64,000 nt of DNA, taken from assembly GCA_051362555.1 (NCBI GenBank), contig CM120641.1, forward strand, positions 19,220,001-19,284,000, given 5' to 3'. Shown here piece after piece: positions 53,629-64,000 of the stretch. This DNA is from Lingula anatina. Lineage: Eukaryota; Animalia; Brachiopoda. A model generated the notes under the pieces. That model made no database searches. It saw only the letters and a program-made list of their open reading frames with translations, and was not told the origin of the DNA. Numbering within the stretch: the first letter of the stretch is position 1; every line of letters starts with the position of its first letter. A program made the position numbers and the translations under genes.

Positions 53629-56600
53629 ATGGGAGTTCCAGCCTTCTTCCGATGGCTGAGCAGAAAATATCCATCATTAGTTGTGAATTGTGTAGAACAG
53701 AAGGTAAGCTTGATTTATCAATTGACCCTTTTACACCTAATATGTACAGATGATGTCAATGAACAACAGTATCTTAGCCTAAGACTTAGGCTGACTTAGC
53801 TCTACGCTAGCGTGTGAATTTGTATTATCAATGATTGAATTTGAGTTTGGTATCCAGTCTCATGACTGCTATTTTATTTTCCGTGGTCGTATGTGTCAAA
53901 AATATCATTTGTGCTAACACGTTTCAGACTTATATGAAAACAGATTATCTGATATGAAATTAGCATTTGAGACGTACCAGCTGAAAGTATTTTTTCAATA
54001 ATAAGTGTTGTGGTAATTAAGTGTTGATTGTCTAATTGAGCCTTTGTATTCAACCAATTTTCATGTCAAATCTGAAAATGCATGTTCATGACATGTGACG
54101 CTGTTCTATATATCTATGATTCCAGGGTAAAGTGATCAATGGAGTGTCCGTGCCTGTGGACACCTCAGGGCCTAACCCCAATGATGTGGAGTTTGATAAT
54201 CTTTACCTTGACATGAATGGCATCATTCACCCATGTTGTCATCCAGAGAATAAGTAAGTGGTATATGGCGAATATGTAAAATTCTTTTAAAGGTACATAC
54301 GAACCGAGCATTGGTGGAGCGTGGATTCCCAGTAAGACATGTAAACCACTTCTACTAGTTTCTTATACGACTCAAATAAATTCAACATGCCAAGGGATAA
54401 ACTGAATAGATCACTCAATCAGCCATAAAAAAGCTTTAGACTGCTCCTTTCTTTAAATTTTTGGTCAGAAATTTAACTTACTTTCGTGACCTACTTTAAT
54501 GCCCCATTGACATACAGCATAGAATGCTAGCAGAAAAATCCGTTCAAACACATTTTCGGGTAAAATTAAACAATGCCTTTTGGTAATTCTCTTAGTTATA
54601 CTACTTGAAACTATATGCTGGCATTTGGTTGGTTTTTGTGACAAAAAATTGACTTAGTATGCATCTTTAAGCATTCTGTGCTGTCTAATTATAATCAGTG
54701 TAAAATTGAACTCTGATGAAATTCAAATTGCCTTGACTTATATTGATAGTTCAGTCTTAAGGGCCATGATGTAGGAACTGACTGAATTCATGCCACATTT
54801 TGTCATTAAGTTCTAGAATGACAAGAGTAATGTTCCATTTTCTTTAATATGATGAAAATGTTGTTATGAATTTTGGAAGCTTGGATAATTTCTACTAGAC
54901 TTCTGGGGTCATTTAAGGTCCAGACTGCAAGAAAATATAGGTGATTTTCAAGACATTAATTTCAGTTTCAGGGAGTCTTTGTGCAAAAAAAAAAAATCAC
55001 TTCGACTGAACCTGAAAAATTATTCACATATTCTATAACTAAGAAATATTTCCATTCATATTACAGAAAATTATATAATATATATAACATAATGCCCTAC
55101 ATTATAATTTGCATTTTATCTTCAGGCCAGCTCCTAAGAATGAGGATGAAATGATGGTTCTTATCTTTGAATACATCGACAGAATCTTTGCCATTGTGAG
55201 ACCCAGGAAACTGCTGTATATGGCCATTGATGGAGTGGTAAGGCTGTGATCAGATGCAATATGGTTCATATTGAGCATGCTTTAATCTTTGGAAGTACAA
55301 CAAAATATGTTGATATTGTAGAGGAAATTTAAGTCTTTTCTTTGTTTTTTTTTTTTTTTTGTGTGTGTGTGTGTTGAAATTGCAGTTTGTTGAATGGGTT
55401 CACTCAGTCTATGCAGGTATCTTATGATTAGGTAAAAGAGGCAAATACTCTCAATCTCCTTTAGCTTATGGCTAAATGATGAAAGCAGCAGGTATGTTCC
55501 TTTGACTGATTTAGATGAGTGCGTCTATTTAGAAACATTTGACAGTATATGATTTAGATGAAAGAATTCACTTGCTGTCTTGATAGTCTAACTTGATATT
55601 AAAAGTTGTACAGAGTTGCATACATATTTCTGTAGCAAAAGCTTTCAATAATTTTATCATTATTAGTTTATGCAGTATGATGTATACTTATAATATCATA
55701 TATTATGATTTTCTAGGCTCCTCGTGCTAAAATGAACCAGCAGAGATCTCGAAGATTCAGAGCATCAAAGGAATCCTTGTAAGTTTGTTTCTTATGCAAT
55801 GGTTAATTACAATTGGTTTATAGAAATTTGTATTTTTTATTTTATAACTGGATGGAGCCATATATGTTAATATGATTATTGTACTTTAAAATGGGTTATT
55901 TTACTACATTTTATTACATTTTACTTTTATTGAATAAATCTGTATTATGTTAGTCTTTATATTTTAAAAGAGAAAAGATTGAAGAAATTTCCAAGATAAA
56001 AAGTGAGTTGGTTTCCAAGGGTTACAATGTGCCACCTGAGAAGAAACCAGAGGAACATTTTGACAGCAATTGTATTACTCCTGTAAGTTGATACTTGGAA
56101 ATAGTGATCTCATCACAAATATCCACTTTGAGGCAGTTCTCTACAGATATAATTTTTATGTACAGACACAGATGTGTCTGTACATATTGCCATCACCTGC
56201 GTCTGTCGTCGCCGTCGCCGATGCCGATGGCGATGCCGTCGCCGTGCACTTTCCTTGTAAACACGATAAGTGGAGGGCAGTTTTACTTTTTGTCTTAATA
56301 TTTACAGAGCTGATGAATATTCATAAAACGCAGGTCAAGTTCGAAAATCAGCATGATCGGGCCATTATTGTAGAAGTTATGCTGTTTTTTCACTTTTCAG
56401 CATATATGCAACCCTGTAAACACATTTTAAGGAAAACCATTAGACCTTTTGTCATGAAACTCACAGAAGTAATCAATCTTATTAAAACGCAGGTCAAGTT
56501 CGAAAATCGGCATGATCGGGCCACTATTTTAGTAGTTATGCTGTTTTTTCATTTTTCAGCATATATGCAACACTGTAAACACAATATAAGAAAAACAGAT

Positions 56601-59600
56601 GGGCCAATTGTCATTAAACTCACAGGAATGGTCAATCTTACTAAAACGCAGGCTGAGTTAAAAAAATCAGCATAATCGGGGCATTATTTTAGAAGTTATG
56701 TTGTTTTTTCACATTTCCTCAGATTTAATTCTTAGGCATGTTAACAGTCTCATTATTGAACTAAGAAGATACGTAAAAGTGTTTGTTTGATATTTCCTGC
56801 ATCTTTACAACATTGTTAGTTGATCATGTAAAAATGATGGTAAACTTGTTATAGTGTATTGTGTAATAAAGTGTCAAAAATGGAAATAAATTCATATCAT
56901 TGCAGATTGTCAGATACAATCATCCACTATGTTCAGAATCTCAGAATGGAGGAAATTGGACATTTAACATTATTCTATTGATACTTTTCCCATCTCATCA
57001 ATTTTCTTAGTTGATCATATAAAAATGGCAGTAAACTGTTTATTTGTTTTATGTTTAAAAAGTGTTAAAAATGGAAATAAACCCATGTCAGAGCAGTGCT
57101 GTCTCGTTTCACATTTCCTCAGATTCAATTCTTAGGCATGTTAACAGTCTCATTATTTAACTAATAAGACATGTTAAAGTGTTTGGTTGACATTTCCTGC
57201 ATCTTTACAACATTATTAGTTGATTATGTAAAACTGATGGTAAACTTGTTATCGTGTATTGTGTAATAAAGATTCAAAAATGGAAAAAAACTCATATCAT
57301 TGCAGTTTGTCAGATTCAATCATTCACTATGTTCAGAATCTCAGAATGGAGGAAATTGGACATTTAACACTGTTGTATTTATATTTTTCCCATCTCATCA
57401 ATTTTCTTAGTTGATCATATAAAAATGGCAGTAACCTGTTAATTTTGTTTTATGTTAAAAAAAATGTTAAAAATGGGGAAAAAAACATTTCAGAACAATG
57501 TTCTCTTGTGTACATTTTGGCATTTTCAAGTTGTGACTTTGAAGTTCCATGGGCCTGAAGATCTTTGCTAGTCACATTTTCTGAATATCCATGATACTAA
57601 TATTTTATTATTAAAATTGATGGTCATTATGCTGTTAAACATTATGTAATATTCCATCAAAATTTAAAAAAAAAACTATTTTGGGCACTGCTCCCATGAT
57701 GACCATTTAAGAAAAACAATGTCACTTACTGTTCTCAAACAGTACAGTAAATATGTACAAATGTGTCTGTACATATTGCCATCACCTGCATCTGCCGTCG
57801 TTGCCGTCACTGTCACTGTTGCCAGCGCCGTGCATTTTCATTGTAAACATGATAAGTGGAAGGCAGTTTTACTTTATGGTTGTATATTTAAAGAGCTGAT
57901 GAATATTCATAAAACGCAGGTCAAGTTTGAAAATCAGCATGATTTTTATAGAAGTTATGCTGTTTTTTCACTTTTCAGCATATATGCAGCACTGTAAACA
58001 CATTTAAAGGAAAACTGATAGGCCTGTTGTCATGAAACTCACAGGAGTAATCAATCTTATTATAATGCAGGTCAAGTTCGAAAATCAGCATGATCGGGCC
58101 ACTATTTTAGTAGTTATGCTTTTTTTTTCACTTTTCAGCATTTATGCAACACTGTAAACACAATATAAGAAAAACAGGCCAATTGTCATTAAACTCACAG
58201 GAGTGGTCATTCCTGCTAAAATGCAGGTTGAGTTAAAAAATCAGCATAACCATTAAAGAAATGCCGTTTTTTCACATTTCCTCAGATTTAATTCTTAGGC
58301 ATGTTAACAGTTTCATTATTTAATTAATAAGATACGTAAAAGTGTTTGTTTGGCATTTCCTGCATCTTTACAACATTATTAGTTGATTATGTAAAAATGA
58401 TGGTAAACTTGTTATCGTGTATTGTGTAATAAACTTTCAAAAAAGGAAATAAACTCATATCATTGCAGTTTGTCAGATTCAATCATTAAAATTTGATGTA
58501 TAATTTGCAGTTTAACATAATGTACTTTTGCATCAGAATTGAAAGTAGCCTATTTTGTGCATAGTTATTTCCTGTTTTTTGTCTGTACATTTGACAGCTT
58601 TGCTGCCTTGTTTAAACACTAGAGCTCAGGATTGGGACCACTAGTGAAAGATAAATTTCCAAATCAAAATTCTGATAACGTGCTATCTGGTGAAAAAATG
58701 TCACTAAGATGAGGAATAGCATACCAGATATAAAAGGTGTCATATGAGTTCTTTATATAAGATATATTTATTTTATATTATTGTTAAATCTTATTTTAAT
58801 TTGATGTCTTTGTTCCAGGGTACCCCTTTTATGTTTAGACTGGCAGAGTGCCTGAGGTATTACATTCATGACAGGTTAAACCATGACCCTGGCTGGAAGA
58901 ACATCAAGGTCATTCTCTCTGACGCCAATGTACCAGGAGAGGGAGAACACAAGATCATGGACTATATACGCAAGCAGAGAGGTAGGAAATGCAGGGCTGA
59001 ATTACCAGTGATTTGTTGCTCAGGGTTGAGAGCAGAAAAAGTTCAACTGTTTTGACTACTTCAGCAGTTAACCCATAGGCTCATTTTAGCTCTTTTTTTT
59101 TTTTTGCAATGCTTTTTCTCTGCAATTGTCATCAATGGAGGCCAATAGAATTATAATTGGAATCTGTAAAAAATGGTTGTATTAATGATGTGATAAAAAT
59201 TGCACTAACCATCTTTTCAACAAGGAAGATTAAGCACCAAGTTTTTTATGTGTAGCCTAAAATTTTATATTTAGCTTTTTTAGTTCAAAGTACACTGATG
59301 ATGTTGTTTTAAAATTTGATGAAAGGAAAATGACCACCATTATGTTAATGTTCATATAACTAATAATCATGGACTTTAGAGATATAGGTTTCTTCACGTT
59401 TCAGCAGTCATAACATTTAAGGTTTTTTTGTTGTTACAGTTCATGCTGATCATGATCCCCAGACACACCATGTGTTATGTGGGGCTGATGGTAAGGAAAG
59501 GAAATTTTATTTCTATAAGATACTAAAATATGAGGCTGCATTACTCTTAATTGCCTTTAAATTAATAGATATGCCACCTGTGAAATATGCAACTGATGTA

Positions 59601-62600
59601 CACGAGTCTCATGCAAAGTTTGTAAAAGTTTTGATTGAAGTGGCTTATGAAAGTGTACACCTAAAATGCTGAATTGATGATATAAAATATATGTAAGAGG
59701 TATGTCAAAATAAAGTTTGTTATATCTAGAAAGATTAAGTGACAGGAAAAGAGAGAGACACGGATATAAATAATTTACAAAATATTGTCTTTTTCAGCTG
59801 ATTTGATTATGTTAGGTAAGTTGATTCTGATACAAATAATGATCAATTTTGTTATTAGAATAAATTTATTTTATTATAGCTGTAATGTGAACTAAGATGA
59901 AATATTGATGGAAACATAAGCTTCACAGGGATCGTTTTTTCTCTCCAAATACCTCAAGATGTTTAAGGAATATTTTAAATACTGTATGTTGTGATATGTT
60001 ATCTAGGTCTTGCAACCCACGAGCCATATTTTACCATTATCCGTGAAGAATTCAAACCAAATCAGCCTAAACCTTGTGAAATTTGTGGACAGATAGGTGG
60101 GTTCTTGACACTGTGCACTGATTACATTTGGTGACACTTTATTCACAGCTTTTTAAATGATTTTGTGTCCTTATGAAAATTTCTCTCAATCATTGCTTGC
60201 CTCTCAGAGTATTAATGTATTAAAGTAATTTACTTCCCGCACTGAGTTTATGTCTATGTAATATGTAGGTCATGAAATGAAGGAATGTCTAGGAATACCC
60301 AAGGAGAAGTCAGGAGAGGTGAGAGAGCATTAAAGTTTTTATGATTACACGTCAGTAAAATGTTACATTACACAGTTGTAAATCTTAAACCTTTTTTATC
60401 TATGATATTACCAGTAAATGAATCATTATTTAGAGATAAGAATAAAACATGCCAGGCCTTGGTTAAAATGTTCATATATATTTTTAAACAACAAATTTTC
60501 ATGATACGTTTTAAATTTAGGGACAATAAGTTCAACTGAACTGCACATATCTGAAATTGAGCACTGGAAGTAACTGAAAAGTTGTCTTCAACATCCTATG
60601 TTTGTAACATAGAAAATTTCTACTGCTATGAATGGTTTTGTTGCTGATTGCTTTAGTGGTGTAGGTAGTCACCTTGATGATATCTTCTGTATTTTAGCAT
60701 GATGAGATAGCCATGCCTGCTGGTTCAGAGCAAGAGTTTATCTTCATCAGGCTCAATATACTGAGAGAATACCTTGAGAGAGATCTCTTCATGCCTAACC
60801 TTCCTTTTAAATATGAATTTGAGGTAATGTCCAATTATATTGGTTTTAAATCTTAAAATTTATCTTAAAATCTTAAATTCATCATTCTTAAACCATTCAG
60901 TTGTTTTATTCTTAAGATCACTAAACCATTTTTATAGGTGGGGATATTTTATATACAGAAGTAGAAGCTGTAATAAATGATGAAATGTCCAACAAATGAA
61001 AGTTTAATGCCTGCTATCCTGTACTGGGTATTTTCCTATATGTGAACTTGACTTTAATGATGAAAATATAGTTTGAGGGAACAGTTGTGATTTTATGTTG
61101 TTGATTGTGTTGAATTATGGAGGTATTTGTGTTTTCAGCGAGTTCTTGATGATTGGGTATTCATGAATTTTTTTGTTGGGAATGACTTCCTTCCACATTT
61201 GCCTTCATTGGAAATAAGGTAATAAAATGCTTTTTGCACCTACCACTAACTTTGTTGGCATGAAGATTGAGCCATCAACCATTGTTTATCATATTCATGA
61301 CTAGATTAGTCAAGTAAAAGGGTTGGCAGGATTGTGAAAATGGTCTTAAATATCACATTAAACATTGTAGACATTAAATAAGAATGTGTATAGGCATGTA
61401 TTTTAATTGACAAGATATACCACTTGTTTGTCTACATTCATACATGCTGTTTTATATTGAAGAGAAGGGGCTATTGACAGGCTGGTGAAGTTGTACAAAA
61501 ACTGTGTGTACAAAACGGGGGTGAGTTTTTAGATTGATTAGATTGATTCTGTGATACTTTCCTCTTGTTTACACATACTTTCAAAATTAAAATATATCTA
61601 TCAGGAATTTTAGAAGTATATTTGTCAGATAATATCATTTCTAGTTAATTTTCTATACAATTGTCTTCAACAAAATTGTTTTGGATAACATTTGTGATAG
61701 AACCCATGAAAAAATGTTTTTTAAATATTTCTTTAAATATGTATTATTTTGTTCAGGGCTATTTAACAGATAGTGGAGTTGTCAATTTGAGCAGAGTTCA
61801 ACTAATCATGCAAGGTAACACTGCATCAGTTACAACAACTTGCATACCCACATACACACACACACATGCACACACATGTATGCTTATGCCATTGCAAGTG
61901 ATAATGCCATTAGGTAAGAAAATATTCCTAATTTTTCATTAAGAATGCATTATATTCTAGGTAAATACCCATTAGTTAATGTGATCAATAAACCAATGTA
62001 TTTGATTTAAACCCCCAAAAGGAAATTCAAAAAATTTAACTGTTTTTTTTTTTCTTCAGACTTGGGGAAAGTGGAAGATGAAATATTCAAAAACAGAAGG
62101 CAGAGAGATGTATGTATAGACTTTTGACTTTTGTTTATTTAAATTTTGCACTATAATTTGATAGACTATTAATTTTCTTCTGATATCCTTTGTACAGTTG
62201 GAAAAAAGAAAATAATCCTCCCTAGCAACAGGCAGGCTAATCACTAATTGTAAATTGTCTGAAACATCACTCTTCAGCTTGACTTCAAACGAAGAGATAA
62301 AGAAAAAAGGAAGAGAGCAAAAATGTGGAAAAATTCAGACCGCCCTGCTTGGACACCAGGAGGAGGATTTGCACCACAGGTATACTAAAACATCAAATAA
62401 TCTTAGACTTCCTGACTGTAGCACATCTTTTTATTATAGCCAACCATGTACTTTATTCAACAAAATTATTAACATTTTCTTCTTTTTTAGTTGAGTTAGA
62501 TCTGTTTTCATATTACATTGAAGGATTTAATTGCTTACATTTTATTAAGTGGTTATACCAACAAGTTGCTTATAGCAAAATGATTTCAGTTCATTTGTTT

Positions 62601-63681
62601 CCAATCTTGCCATAAAATTCACAATTTTTTGAAATATTGAACTTAGCTTGAGTATTATGGGTGGTGCAGACCAGCTCTTTCATTTTCAAATAATACATGC
62701 CTGCTTGTCATGTCTGAACTTCAGTGATGTTTGACCGAAGTTTCTCACACCAATCACAAGTATTATATTGGTCTATTATCATTTTCACATGTCATTCTAC
62801 AGAATCACGAAATAAGGATAGCCAAATGAACATTTGTGATGGGCATAGTAAACCGGTAAACTTCAATCAAACTTATCAGTAAAAATCAAAGTCAGATAAG
62901 CATACAGATATATTGAAGTTTGAAAACGCATCAGACCTGAAGCTCAGGGTAATGGTAATATTTACTTCTGTTATCAGAGAATTGGCAGCACCCCCAGCCC
63001 TGTGACCAATGTCCGGCAGGAGGCTTACAAGATGAGAATGGAGGGACAGAGGAGGACCATGGGCTCCACAGCTAACCAGGAGGCAGCACAGGTTTTGAAG
63101 GCTATGCTCAGATCAGATGGAGAAGAGGTGAAGTCTTGAGCAGATGTAGTTATCTCAGAGAAATTGATTGTATTGGATGTTTTTTTTAATGAATGGATTT
63201 TATAGGAGTGGTTGGTATCCTAGCCTTTGAAAACTATGCTCAGTCTAACAACTTGGGGTTTTATACATGAGGTATTTAGGAGAAAGCTTTTCTTGAAATA
63301 AAGCTACTGAGGGATGCAAGACAAATGGGTATGCTAGGAGAGGGTAGGTAGGTAGGGGATTGAGACAGTTACCTGTAGATATAGTGGAAGTCTTAAAACT
63401 TCTCTTCAAACTGATATGATTTCGTCTTTATGCATCCCTAGCTGAAATATCTGAATGAGTATGCAAGAATATTGTATGGATTAATTCGAAACAGATATAG
63501 CTTATATTTCATTTCTTGCTGATAGTGCTAGTGCTTTATTATACAAGGTTTGATTAGGTTGCAACTTCAGTTTCTCAAATTTTCAGAGCAAGAACAAAGA
63601 TGACAAGACAGCAGGCAAGAGAACCTCGACAGAGGCTGACCTTGACAGCGACGAGGAACCTGAACCAGCTGATGAAGTTAG
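53629..63681 (+). CDS. XRN2: 5'-3' exoribonuclease 2 (Rat1 ortholog), first 18 coding exons; gene continues past the window end
   Basis: Exons 53629-53703, 54126-54253, 55126-55237, 55717-55778, 55971-56082, 58819-58981, 59440-59490, 59798-59815, 60007-60096, 60269-60318, 60698-60823, 61139-61218, 61463-61520, 61757-61814, 62060-62109, 62278-62379, 62978-63127, 63587-63681, all in phase. Motifs: [96 protein letters not shown]2-type CCHC knuckle [25 protein letters not shown]. Confidence 0.96.
54291..54666. mobile_element. Degenerate TTAA-flanked MITE (Kolobok-like) in XRN2 intron 2
   Basis: TTAA|AGGTACATAC ... GTATGCATCT|TTAA, an 8/10 match of the terminal inverted repeats. Confidence 0.5.
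56153..58610 (+). mobile_element. Helentron-associated non-autonomous element (HINE/DINE-1-like), internally duplicated, in XRN2 intron 5
   Basis: 5' T-run, 13-bp hairpin ATGTACAGACACA-ga-TGTGTCTGTACAT (56158-56185), then a (GTCGCC)n microsatellite. ~159-bp core repeats x3 and ~400-bp repeats follow, with a second head at ~57753. The 3' subTIR GTCTGTACAT (58581-58590) is followed by the short hairpin CAGCtttGCTG and TT. Confidence 0.75.
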
Positions 63682-64000
63682 GTAGGACAGGCTGCTTAAT
63701 TATATCAGGGGCGTGTTTCCATCTGACATGGTTCCACCTAGCTTGACAAAACCCTTACTCAGTAGGCAGTTTTATTATGAAATGCTCAGCATTAGAAGCC
63801 AATGACAACAGAGAGTGGTTTTGCTCCCTGTGGTGATCTAATCGTAATCTAGTGGCTGACTGAGACAGTTACATTGAGTTTGGCTGATCCAGTAACTGTA
63901 AAGTGTTTACTTTGAAATTAAAAGTCTTCTTGACACTCATAATTATATTTTTTTTATTGCTTTTTTTTCCAGAAACCAGTCAGTCTGAGTATTTAATGCT

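Noticed and set aside
55472-55514. Box C (ATGATGA) and box D (CTGA) closed by a CTAAA/TTTAG stem, like a C/D snoRNA
   Set aside because: Only ~43 nt, with no room for C'/D' boxes and no recognisable rRNA guide. A cryptic exon or chance explains it better.
56070-56675. 201-aa plus-strand ORF (and the similar 92-aa ORF at 57719-57997)
   Set aside because: It runs from the end of XRN2 exon 5 through the Helentron-type core repeats. The peptide repeats mirror the 159-bp DNA repeat, and there are no transposase or other motifs.

Overview
AT-rich, intron-containing animal genomic DNA. It is probably a lophotrochozoan invertebrate, inferred from a MetaSINE-like SINE, Helentron/HINE-type repeats and mosaic CpG depletion. 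Six spliced protein-coding genes were rebuilt by hand from splice sites and exon phase. These are the 3' end of MMD/PAQR (+), a RADIL-like RA-RA-FHA-DIL-PDZ gene (-, 13 exons, ~1729 aa), OGFOD3 (-, 9 exons), glycine amidinotransferase GATM (+, 7 exons), an ACOT/BAAT-family thioesterase ending in -SKL (-, 10 exons) and the 5' 18 exons of XRN2 (+). Introns hold many non-autonomous transposons: Harbinger-, piggyBac-, Ginger1-, hAT-, Kolobok- and Helentron-like elements, plus an intergenic tRNA-SINE. The most notable observations are a RADIL that keeps an afadin-type extra RA domain, a Ginger1-like element nested in a piggyBac-like element, and a candidate stop-containing poison exon in XRN2. Also notable are an ACOT with a GC-AG intron, a recursive-splice-like junction, possible dual mitochondrial/peroxisomal targeting and a likely Asp-to-Glu catalytic change, and a small inverted triplication forming a perfect 55-bp hairpin. 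No CRISPR array, rRNA or true tRNA was seen, and I found no convincing wholly new multi-gene system. Family assignments are from recalled motifs, not database searches.
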